NCBI GenBank assembly: GCA_002256025.1 | Contig: NKIB01000094.1 | Span: forward strand, 1 to 35,309 | DNA from: Asterionella formosa | Lineage: Eukaryota | DNA length: 35,309 nt | Direction of reading: 5' to 3' | Shown here: piece after piece, positions 1 through 10,906 of the stretch | Numbering within the stretch: position 1 is the stretch's first letter | Layout: each line of letters opens with the position of its first letter | Position numbers and translations under genes: made by a program | Notes under the pieces: generated by a model | The model's database searches: none | What the model was told of the DNA's origin: nothing | Seen by the model: the letters and a program-made list of their open reading frames with translations, nothing else

Positions 1-1204
1 AAATCACTTTATTTGGCATAGTAAAAAAACCGAAGTTCCTTTCTGCAGTTTCTCGCCAGAAGTTATATACTGATGCTATTTGAAAGTTACCTATGTATCT
101 AAATCGCCGTCAGACCCAGCCAACGTTTAGCTATCGTCGTCCAAAAACTCGACAAAATCGGCCTTTTCTACGGTCGCCAAAATATCGGAATCAGAAATAT
201 TATGTGCCGAAACGTCATCATCGGAATGGAAGTCGTTTGCCGGAATTTTTAGTCCTAAAATCTCCTATCCAAAACATTCCATTGTAAGTGCCCGCTTCCA
301 CATATATAATATGATTGGTGAACGTGAATTACATTCCTCTGTTTGATTGGCCTGGTTTGCGAGGTCTTGCAAACCCACGCCGGCCTCATTGGATAAACAT
401 GTAACATTTTCTTGGGTGTTCTGAGAGTCCGGTACTATATTCACGACGGGTACCAGTTGATGATCATCATTGGACATACACGTCCCGCTCCTTGAGTGCA
501 CTTTAAAATATTTGCCGAGCCGCCGGGTCGTATACAGGACCCATAGTCGTCGATCGGAGTATAGATTGTAGTACTGGTGTATGCACATGAAGCGATGTAG
601 AATGTAAATATATAATTATATATATATTAAACGATTTGAATATGTCGAACGGATTCAATGCATAGCATATAAAATCGTTAATCGGAGTATAGAGTGTCCG
701 TGCATACATGTTGATCGTATTTTTAGCTTATATATACATACAGCGACGTCGAGTGTTTATATATATATTTAGCGATTTCGACAAGGAATCTATGTACGTA
801 TTCGCAAATTTCCACTGATTTAAATATTTTAAATGGAATCACGTCATTCAAAAATAGCTAATTAAATTCTTAATTCCAGGGAATTTTCGCAACCCTAAGC
901 AATATTTTAATTTTTGCCTAGGGGTTCAAATGCAGCAACCTTAAAATAAGATTTTGATCCTACATTTTCATTTTATCAATGGCTGACGTTGGACATTCTG
1001 GGGTACCTAGGTAAGCAATGTGCGCTGATCACTCCACTATAGTTAACCTAGTACATAAATAGTACGATGGAGGAGAAGAGGTACCAGGTACCAAGTACTT
1101 GCAAGTTGCGCTACCAGGCACCCGGAAACTTTGCTGACATCACGATCTCAGCGATATACAGTACCGCCTATGTACAATGATGTTGTCGCACCTTTGACCC
1201 AATA

Positions 1205-3368
1205 CAGTGGAACCTCCCTATAAGATACACTTCCTATAGGATGCACCCTCTATATAAGATACACTTTTCTTGATGAAGCGCCCCCAATTTGGAAATCCTT
1301 GTAAGGGACCCTCCTCTCTACAAGATACACCCTCTGTTAGATATGATTTGGATACACTTTTTCTAAAAAATTGGATATTCCGACCTCTTTATGAGATAGA
1401 AACGAGTGCTGCACAGTCTGCACTCAGTTTGAGCCAGTAGTTTTTATCTTGTTTTGCATGCTTTGATCATCTCAAATCACTGCTGTGGACTGACAATCTG
1501 CGTATGCATGTAACAGAAGCATCAGCAGTATATGTACCACATCATCTTGCATAGCGATTATCTGGTGGTACTATCACTTGTGACATTACTTGTCAATGAC
1601 ACTTTTTATAATAATTTTTCGTTTTATACTTTACTGAAACAAAACTTGATTGTTTCTTGTCCATTTGCTTCCATTCTTTCACTCATTTCAATCTCCAAGA
1701 TTCAGACATCATCGCCATTTGGAACTGAATGAACTATTTTGAAGAGTATGTCGAAAATGAAGTTAAAGCGTAAAAGTGTTTCCATTGATACAAAAATAGC
1801 AGCAATAAAGCTACTTGGTGAAGGGAATAGTGTTAGAGAAGTTGCTTTTAAACTTGCCATAAGCATTGGAACTGTTCAAAAAGCAAAGAAAAAGAAGGAG
1901 GACTTACTGATGGAAGGAGAATCGATGCAATACATGAAAATGGCTTGCCTTAACAGCGGTACAGAAATCAACACAGTATTGTGGAGATGGTTTTGTACTG
2001 CTTGCGCGAATGGATATCCAATTAGTGGACCCATCCTACAAAGCAAAGCTTTATCGATTGCCAAAGCATTCGACGCAGATCATAATTTTAAGGCATCTAA
2101 TGGCTGCCTTGAAAAATGAAAGAAAAGACACAATGTCAAATCCTATGCAATTTGTGGTGAGTCTGGGAATGTAGACATTGATAAGGTTGAAGAATGGAAA
2201 GCTTTCTTGGCTAGTTTGTGTAATGGATATACCCCAGCTGACATTTTCAACATGGATGAGACTGGATACTTTTATCGTGCTCTCCCAAATTCAACGCTCA
2301 ATCAAGTATCAAAATCATGCAAAGGTGGAAAATTAGCAAAGGATCGAGTTACATTTGCTCTGACATGCAGTGCAGCTGGGAAAAAGCTGCAGCCGCTCAT
2401 AATCGGGAAATCCAAGAAGCCTCGTTGTTTTCGAAACATTGATTTGAGCCGCCTTGGAGTTGTATACAAGTCAAGTAACAAAGCATGGATGACAAATCCT
2501 ATCTTCAATGATTATCTATTGGATTTGAATGCATACATGGCTTCTCAGAACAGGAAGATTCTTTTATTCTTAGATAACGCCCCTGTCCACATTGCTGATG
2601 AGGAAACAAGCTCAAGGCTAACTCATGTAAAGATTCAATTCTTCCCTCCAAACTTGACAAGTTTGTTGCAACCTTTGGATGCTGGAATCATTAGAAGTGT
2701 GAAAGCTGTCTCCCGTAAGCACCAAGTTTTGCAGTTGTTACAATTTATTGAAATGGGAGAACATGCAGCAAATCTGGCTAAGAAATTGCAGGTTATTGAT
2801 GCAATGAAGTTTATGGCTACATCCTGGGGAAGTGTTACGACTGAAACAATTCAAAAATGCTTTAAACCATGTGGGTCTTATAAAGTATGTGATGAAGAAT
2901 GTGTATCCTCAGTACCAGAAGAAACTGAAAATGAAGTGGAGGAGCTGATGGAGAGGCTTGGAGAAGTTGATTTTCATTATGTACAAGATTGCATTGGCGA
3001 ATATGCAATCCCATGTGCTGAATCTTTGATTTGCAAATTTGGTTGCTGAATATATTGATGAAGGGGATGAGGAGGATGATAGTGCCTTGGATAAAGTTGT
3101 TATCATGGCAGCAGTCAGTGATGTGTCCAATAAGGTTCCTATAACCTCACATTATGCTTTGTTTGGTTTAAAAACAGCACTGATGTATGTAACAGAAAAT
3201 GATTTATTTGAGCAGGAGCTTCCATTGCTTGAAATAATCGACTCTGTTCAGAAAAGGTCTTATTCTAGACTTATTCAGCCTCCAATCAAATCTTTTTTAA
3301 TTCCAAATGAAAATCAAAAGTTTAATAAACTGCAAAATATTGTTTCAACCTTCCTCGTATTTCAATAA
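1205..3368 (+). mobile_element. pogo/Tigger-family (Tc1/mariner superfamily) DNA transposon, decayed; right TIR not found
   Basis: TA (1203-1204) is followed by CAGTGGAACCTCCCTATAAGATACAC, a pogo-type terminus. Subterminal repeats of (T/C)AAGATACAC and variants occur at ~1221, 1237, 1255, 1321 and 1350. A transposase pseudogene follows. The right boundary is set at the end of the transposase remnant. Confidence 0.8.
1739..3368 (+). pseudogene. Tigger/pogo transposase pseudogene (HTH + CENP-B-type HTH + DDE_1 catalytic domain)
   Basis: ORFs 1739-2119 and 2207-3049 are in one frame, split by TGA at 2117-2119 (FKASNGCLEK*KKRHN vs family FKASxGWLxxFKxRH). Motifs include PISGPILQSKA, IFNMDETG, AKDRVT, KAWMT, FLDNAPVH and FFPPNLTSLLQPLDAGII, giving a DD34D triad. 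A frameshift near 3040 leads into the acidic C-terminus (3039-3368). Confidence 0.9.
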
Positions 3369-4232
3369 ACTGTAACCCTAAATTTTTTCTCTCCTACTGG
3401 TGCTGTTGCTAGCGAAATCCCCATCACAGTGGTGTTCACATGTCATTGATTTTCTCTTGTTGTTGTTGCGCTCAGCCCCTTCAAGGCCTGGTTATAGCAT
3501 TGTTATTGTCTGGATGAGTAGGAACTTTTCGTTAAAGGGGCTGCCGCACATTATGCCATTAGCTTTGACATGCTACACATTTGTCAGACCGATACCTGCA
3601 TCTAGGACTACACAAATTGCCAATGTTGATACAATCAATCCAACATCATTTAATGAATAACTTGCTTATTTCACATATTTTGTTTCAATTAATCATTTAT
3701 GATTTGTTGTGCAGCTACTGTATAATATCAGATCTGCTCGAACCATCGTCATTTTAAAATTGAACATTTCTACTACATTACACGAAAATGCGCCGTTGGT
3801 GACTTCAATTTTCGTTGTCAATATTAGCGTTATTAGAATTATTCTTTTACGATTGCACTTTCTATGTCTTGCTTGATAGATTTGTGAAATAGGAAAGCAT
3901 CGTTCTTAATATTTGTGGAGACAATCGCTATTGTTGTCATGGTTGAGGCTGACACGACATGATAAAGGATTCTCCAACCACTCAACACAACTACTGGTAT
4001 ACTCTGGCGTTTACCATTTATAAAGAAATCGAATTATCTCAGCTATTTATTAGTACTATATAATTAGATCAGTCTATAAAATATGATACTGAGTATTCTG
4101 TACATATTTTGTTTTCTTTTGCATCATGCAAAAATATTTTTTGCCTTCACCTTTTTTGCGTGTTTGCAAACACAAGCATACAACTTGCGTTGTGATGCTT
4201 TTTGTTGTCGGTTGATTGTTGTAGGTGCGATA

Positions 4233-4845
4233 GTTCGCATTCGTAATCAACCATACGAATAGATCAATTCGTCTGTTGTTTATACACAGCAAACATCAGA
4301 TTATAGTCGTTTTGGGCCATTGATTTGTGTATGGATGTCTCGTCTGTTTGATCGTTCTTGTCATTGCCTTAGAAAAGGTCTCATTAAAAGGTCGACAGTG
4401 GGACGACATTTGTGTTTTGGTGGATTGTTGTAGATGAACATGCAATGTTCGTATTCATGCACAATCATACCAATATAGCACAACCTGTTCAGAATCATCT
4501 GTCTTTGAAACACATCAGAGTAGAATCAATGTTGGCCCTTGAGTGTGTTGTATTGTAGTCTTGTCATTGTAGCCATTGCCGTAGCAGTGCACTTGTTGAT
4601 AGACACATACTTTTTTTCGCCATTCGGCAGATTTGGTTGATTGTTGTATTTGCATTTGCGATTGTTCGCATTCATGCACAATCATACCAATGTAGCTCAA
4701 CTTGTTCTATCATCTGTCTTTATAGGACATCAGATGAGAATCAATATTGGCCATTAAATTTATTGTAATGTCTTCTTATCATTGTAGTCATTGCCGCAGC
4801 AGTGTACTAGTTGACAGACATACATCATTTGCCATTGGCAAAGGT
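4233..4845. repeat. Imperfect tandem repeat, ~215-bp unit, about 3 copies
   Basis: Units begin GTTCG(C/T)ATTC at 4233, 4447 and 4664. Copies 2 and 3 share ATTCATGCACAATCATACCAAT, ATCATCTGTCTTT, AGAATCAAT and CATTGTAG..ATTGCCG.AGCAGTG. Copy 1 is more diverged. Confidence 0.75.
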
Positions 4846-5252
4846 TTTCACCTTTTGCTCGAATCTGCCACAGGTATCATCATTTAAAGCTCACTCCATT
4901 CGGAGGCTATTAATAGATAGCTGCAGGTCACAGTTCGGCTTTCGTTCAAATTTTATTTCAGTTATTACTTATCTCTTTCTGAAAAGGGGCGAGGGTATAA
5001 ATTTATAATGCCCTATGGTTGTCAGGATTTAACAAGTAGGTTCTGGGTAATTATGAGCTTCATGATTAGTGTATCTATATTAGCTCCTAGTCCAAGGGGA
5101 CTCACAAGAGTCTTGATGAGAAGGGTATGTACTAGGTTTCAAGAGTCCATGCTAGGTGTCATGTTTTAGCCTAGCATTGGTACGTATATTCTAGAGGTAC
5201 ATCTGTACCAATAGTTATCACATAACATATAGCTGCGGGTATATAATGCAAT

Positions 5253-5696
5253 ATGTACTACCGGTATGAGCTACATACTTACTGGGTTGTCAAGACAATT
5301 TCAGAGCCACAAGGTCCAAAAGGGGTTTATTTCTCGATGCGTCAGGAGGCACAGCGCAAGGATGTCGAGCGATCATTTGGAGTTCTACAGGCCAGGTGGA
5401 GGATCCTTGCACTTCCATGTAAACTTTGGTCAGTGGGTGCTATGAACAGTGTAATTATTGCATGCATCATTTTACACAACATGATCATAGAGGATGAGTG
5501 GGAAACTGAAAATACAAATGAATATCTATTTGACAATATTCAGGATGAATTTTTGGTTGACAACGTGAATCATGACAATGTACATACATTTCTTGATTTC
5601 AAGAATATTAGAATGAAATACATGAGTGAAGGTGAGCACTTTTCATTGTGTCACAATTTGATTGAGCACTTGTGGATTCAAAACGAGAACAAATAG
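5253..5696 (+). pseudogene. C-terminal fragment of PIF/Harbinger DDE transposase (Plant_tran-like)
   Basis: VKTISEPQGPK..YFSMRQEAQRKDVERSFGVLQARW..L...IIACIILHNMIIEDE is the characteristic C-terminus of PIF/Harbinger transposases. The N-terminal part, including the first catalytic Asp residues, is missing; homology starts near 5285. Confidence 0.9.
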
Positions 5697-7022
5697 TAGA
5701 TAATAACTTGATTCTAGATTAATATTTTTAAGTCTGTAAAGTACAAGTTCTAGATTGGCAATAATGAAAGGATTAGTGTAATGTAACGTCACTAGAATCA
5801 AACCAGTTTAAAACTCTTATGGTCCAGTCTCTAGAATCGAAACCTCATCATCAGTAGATGATGAACTAGAAGTTGAAATATCGATTTCAACTGAACTGCC
5901 TGACTCCAAAGAACCGGTCTTGTTTTTTGCGTGATTGTTTTGAACTATCCTCCATCTCCTCCATAGCTTCTTGAGCCTTCATAGCAAACCACCTTTTGGC
6001 TTCCTATGAATTAATATTAAGAGAGAAAATCTTGAACAAAAATTCATCACGTTGCGTCTTCACCTTTCTTTTCAACTTCTGCACGTGTTTTTGTTCAATG
6101 ACAAGCTGAGCATTTGTGAGCAGCTTACTATCTTTTGCTGCTTTCGTCCCCATGGGACGCACATCTAGTAACTCAGGACCCTTCTTTGTGATTTGTTCCT
6201 GATCTCGGACATATCCACACCCACCCTTCCACTTTGGGGCATCCTTCAAAATTCGCCAACACCCTTCGAACAGGAATTCTCTACCCAGTTTCCTTCCTTT
6301 TCCCTCTAATTTAAATAGTTCCCTGGCTTCTTCACGGTAGTTGTCGTCTGTCCATCCTGACTTAGCAATGGAGGTAACCTGTGAATAGAGGCCGCAAAAC
6401 TTTGTCACATCTTGATTGATTGTTCCCCATCGAGCAGTGCATGCTGTTGAGGTGTGATCCTTCCCATCTGGGATAAGCTCAACATAAATCTCAAATACCC
6501 TGCTCCAAAACTTGCTTGCTTTCTGACCAGTCCCAGTGATTGCGTCTTCACTTGCAGCTACCTAGGCCCGAGAGAGTGCTTCGTCCTCTTCCTTCTCCCA
6601 CGTGACACCGGAACCCATCCTGACAATGATGCTTGTTGTTATATGATGTTGACTCAATATGATGTATACGCACCAAGATCACATTGGCCTATAGAGTTGC
6701 TTCTACATGAAGAGACTTTAGTGAATGTACTGTAATTATGTATGAAATCATTAAACTATAAGCGTTAGGTTGCCGGCGCGAGCCACAATCTAAACCAATA
6801 GAAATGCTCCTTTTATTTGGCTACGATCGGAGTCTAATCGACCAAATACCTGATATTTGGTCGATAAGGGGGTCATCCTCGACCAAGACCAAAGCATATT
6901 TGGTCTTGGTCGATGCGGTGGCTAAAATATTTTTGCTTTTTCGACCAACACAACGCATCATGACATGTAATGACCCGCAACTTCAATTGGCTTAGTATTT
7001 GGTCGATGCGGTGGCGATGCTC
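5285..7022. mobile_element. PIF/Harbinger DNA transposon, left-truncated
   Basis: Convergent transposase and Myb/SANT gene pair. The terminus ...TTGGTCGATGCGGTGGCGATGCTC is followed by TTA (7023-7025), i.e. a GAGCATC-type TIR with a TAA/TTA target. TTGGTCGATGCGGTGGC is repeated at 6906 and 6999, with further TCGACCAA/TTGGTCGA copies at 6838-6948. Confidence 0.85.
5817..6618 (-). pseudogene. Harbinger Myb/SANT-like (NAM-associated type) DNA-binding protein pseudogene
   Basis: From ATG at 6618: MGSGVTWEKEEDEALSRA*VAASEDAITGTGQKASKFWSRV...RWGTINQDVTKFCG...FEGCWRILKDAPKW...RPMGTKAAK...INS*EAKRWFAMK. In-frame TAG stops occur at 6562-6564 (at a conserved Trp position) and 6004-6006. The 3' end is uncertain (probable frameshift near 5920). 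Confidence 0.85.
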
Positions 7023-7765
7023 TTATATAGGACTTATACCTTCTAATGATATAGTATATCTAGCGTGGTTCATACTGTACCATAGGTCAAAGGAGCTGGA
7101 TGAAAATAACTGGTATCAAAAAAGATGCAATTATCAATTGAAGAGAGTATTTATCGATATGCTGGCATCTGAGTCAGGGCTGCTCCGGCGCATTGAGCTA
7201 CAAAACTACATAATGGGCGCGCTCTGATTATATCCTATGTTTATTCTAACACAAATTATATTGGCAATTTGATACATTATATCGTCTTTGAATTTTGATA
7301 CCTGAGATATTTCAGATTACTTATCTGACATTAAATATATATTTAACTATGATTTATAACAGTTATAGTTTCATAACGATGCATCATCTTGTGTGTTATG
7401 CCGCCTCATAGAAATTTCAGCTGTTCTCAACAAGCAAGCCTTTGAATAAATCAGGGCAGCTAGATACGACATGGTGGACTCGACAAAATTTTCACAACGA
7501 GGTATCATTGCCCTCCACGACTTTTCACTCCAAAAAGATTACAGTCAGGTAGAGTTGCATCATTTGTTTGCCCAAGAGTTTCCGCTCTTGCAACTGAAGC
7601 TGCTATAAATGTTTGCACTACCAGCCCCACTTGGAGGGCGCGAAAAATCGTTGTTGTTGTTTCTTGATGGGGGCGATGTAACTCCAGCCCACCAGAAAAC
7701 CTTACACCAGCTTGTTGTCAGTCTACCACAACCCCCTGAACCCTAGGGACTATATAAAAAGCAAG

Positions 7766-7832
7766 TGGAGAATGCGGGAATCGAACCCACCACTTCGGAA
7801 GGTGAGCTATCTAACCAACTAAGTTATTCCCC
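7766..7832 (-). pseudogene. tRNA-Ala-derived sequence (pseudo-tRNA or SINE head)
   Basis: Minus strand reads GGGGAATAACTTAGTTGGTTAGATAGCTCACCTTCCGAAGTGGTGGGTTCGATTCCCGCATTCTCCA. It has a 7-bp acceptor stem with a G3.U70-type pair, an A box, a B box (GGTTCGATTCC) and a T-stem, followed by a T5 run. The anticodon arm is shortened and unpaired (67 nt total). Confidence 0.75.
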
Positions 7833-8026
7833 TGCCCAGACATCTTCTTATATAATGCACTGATATTTATAACGGCAAAACATTTGAAGCGTTTACCGGA
7901 TTTACCAAATTTGGTTACCACAACCACAAATTTTGGGGTTATGGGTGGAACAATTTGTTTTATAATCATACACATGCTCCAATAATTTTGTATCATCAGA
8001 ACGCTTCCAATAACAACAGTAAATGC

Positions 8027-8296
8027 AACAAGCTACACACGGACAAAAGATTCACAAGAAGAACAATAAACTTGAGGAGCTTGACGAAAATGACCGGATT
8101 CAAACAAGATGCATTTATTTGTTTGGAGATAATTTTTCGATGCCCTGGCATAGGAATCAGGCCTGCACTGTCACTTTGATCTAGAAAATAAAAAATTGTA
8201 TGAAACGAGCTACAAAGAAACAAAAGAATCACAAGAAACAGCCAGAAACTCAAGGAGGTAGACGAAAAAGACCGGAATCCAACAAGATGCATTATT
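8027..8296 (+). repeat. Two imperfect ~90-bp direct repeats, ~177 bp apart
   Basis: 8027-8118 and 8204-8296 share AAC.AGCTACA, ACAAAAGA.TCACAAGAA, GACGAAAA.GACCGGA.T and AACAAGATGCATT. Confidence 0.7.
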
Positions 8297-8309
8297 CATT
8301 TGGTATAAA

Positions 8310-8755
8310 TCCCAAGCCCATTTGGTGGAAATGAACCCCCTGAGAGTGAGAACTTTGCCAATGGCTTGTTTGGTCTTTGGAAATAGCCGGACGGATGCTG
8401 TCTTGTCTCTGGACGGAGTATTTGGTGGTAAATCCACTATAAACTCCCCTGTTCTTGCTGAAATGAGATGTTTGATAAACTTGACAAAGGTTTACATTAT
8501 GTATTCCCCCTGTTGAACTTTTCCTAGCTGCAATGCATGCAAAGTGGGTCAACCGTATTCCCCTGTCAAACACAATTCTTTTATTCTTGCATGTTAGCAG
8601 GAGGTGTTCTATTGTTTCATGTTCTTCACTCTGGGACACTCTGTGGCTTCTTGTGCTGTAAGTGCTCAATGGGCTCCAGTAAGACAGCACCCATGAATGA
8701 ACTTCATAATCATTGTTCGTTCCAAGATCGATTTCTTTTTGAAAGCGCATGAAAA
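8310..8755 (-). mobile_element. Degenerate C-terminal fragment of an Ambal-like LINE ORF2
   Basis: Across frameshifts the minus strand gives MKFIHG, CPR(C)EEHETIEHLLLTC (CCHC finger) and QAIG...RGFISTKW. This matches the order of KYIHGWLPTG / CPQC..TNEHIVTC / RGYLVKIW in the large LINE at 31750-32130. Confidence 0.65.
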
Positions 8756-10906
8756 CGCCTTCGAATTATTTCTTCATAATCAAATGTAAATTTTGTGTTA
8801 TACTGTAAGATATCGCTTATTTAGTTTTCTTGAATCGATAATCTCATGCGCTGAGACAAGAGGCGCTATGAATTCTGAACTTTCCGATATAGATACTGGC
8901 TTTTCAGGACGGAAAATGACATGGATTGGGAAAGGGAGGACCGGTATGGCCACTCATATGTGATTCCAAATACATTTGAGCCAAGAGATCTGCTCTGATA
9001 TTTACTTTGGCACTTAAAGATATTGTGCTTTTTTTATTTCATCTTGTTGGGATTGAACCCATTACAGCATTCTCCTTATAAAGATTACATATTAGATAAC
9101 CTATAAATAGATAAAAAATCATGTGGACAAATGAAGAGATTTGGTGATGTACTATGCACTATGCTACCTGTGAGATCTAGTCCAAATGAGTTCAGGGGGT
9201 ATAAACAGTTAAGAGTAAAAAGAGTGAGCTAGCTTATTACTATATTTGCTCGCTGGAATAAACAAGTCTTGGAAGGTGACCGTGTGAGCCCTGAAAGTCC
9301 ATCGTGCTTCTTTCTAGTCATGTAGTTCATGGATGCCATTCGAGATGCATTATAATTCATTGTTGCTCAATGTCCGGTTTAATCCTGGCTTTGATCTAAG
9401 TAAACATTACTTATGAGTCACTAGTTACTCGAGCATAAGTCTTAGTTTAGTCTGAGTGAACATCTAATCATTAGGGAATCAATGTAAGAAACCCTACATC
9501 GTGATCAGGCATTGAAGCAATGGTCTGAAGGTCATGCCTCGCATTAGGCTAAATGTCAGTCCTAGATGATATATCTGGATTAGTTTGCATCGTCGCACTA
9601 TCACAAGTATTTGTCAGATCCGTAAAGCAAGTTAGTTTCTGATATAGTAGAGCTCATGGATATAGTTAAAATTTCATATATAAGAAGTTTCGGTTAATTA
9701 TAACTATTTACATAGTCTTATGTGTAGGCTACTCAATGTACCATAGGTAATACTAGAGCAAAAATGACATGCAAAACAATGTGTGAATGTGATACATTTT
9801 TGTAGTTTCAATCTATTGATTTCATACACATAGATTTAAAATATTAATTTAAGAATGAAATTGTATCACTTATGTTAATGACTATTTATTAACAATTGTG
9901 AAGAGACTTGAGAAGTGCTCCTGCTGCACAGAAGGCCTTGTTATTTGACCTGCAGGTTGACAATGATATTTGAAAAAATACATTGAAATTCTCATACTAC
10001 ATCCACTGGAAAGGTTTTTCATTTCATGCCACCTATTTGGCTATTAATGCAGCCAGGAAGCGCCATCATGTGGTTGGGCTGAGCTGCTATTCTAATAAGT
10101 TTGTACCCCTAGCTCTGAGTTGCTTAATAAACAAAAGAAGTAAATATAAATGAGGTGGTTCTTCTCCGGGTGGCTCATTAGCTGTTTTTCAGTCTTCCTT
10201 GTAGTTTTTTTTGTTGGCTCTTCGGTTCTATTTTGTCTTAGCTATGCTATCATTGCCCTTTCTTAATGTAGACTAAGTAATAATTACCTTGTGATTGGCA
10301 ATGCGACATATAGCATACACTTTCATTACTCTCCTTCTCCACTCCAGAGTCTGCACTTCATATCTTCTCTATAGGTATATAGAATAATAGTGGTGATATA
10401 GTACCTGGTAGTTAAGGCTCTAGTAGACTCATTGATCATGCCATGTACAGGCAAGGATTAAAGACATATAAACAAGAGTTACGATAAATTTTTTTGCATT
10501 TTTTCACACCAGTCAGATTCCCATGGCCTGTCTTGTACCAAACTCCATTACAAGCACATTTCAGTCAGGTGGTCTTTAAATACCTGGATCATTCAATTAA
10601 TGAAACTCTTCACCTCCTGACATGACCAAGAAGAAAGTATGTAAACAACAACAGATAAACAATGTAAGTCGTAACCATTTTATATTTGAAATAGAGTGTC
10701 AACCCTGATATTGACCGTCGTCATTCCTTGTGCAGACTGCGTTCATGCCATGGGAACACAGCGAAATACCAATAAAGCTTAGAGCAAATAGAACCATCAC
10801 ATCAAAAGCAAAAAGTAGTTGGGATGCAATGAAGGTCGGCAAGATTCCCTGATTTTCCAGTATCTATCCTTGGTGCTTAGACTCAATACGCAATGATTTT
10901 GGCAGG

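Noticed and set aside
1..1000. ORFs 93-287, 265-588 and 503-709 and AT-rich sequence that may be the end of another TE
   Set aside because: No recognisable protein motif and no paired termini within the window.
5176..5212. GAGGTACATCTG-TA as the right TIR of the pogo element, inside a small ATTGGTAC/GTACCAAT inverted pair
   Set aside because: Only a short partial match to CAGTGGAACCTC, without the AAGATACAC subterminal array; could be chance.
7766..7832. Functional tRNA-Ala gene
   Set aside because: The anticodon stem-loop cannot be formed and the D-stem is degenerate, so it is reported as tRNA-derived instead.
9169..9712. Possible solo LTR (TG...CA bounded, TATA-like and AATAAA motifs)
   Set aside because: No matching target-site duplication, second copy, PBS or PPT found.
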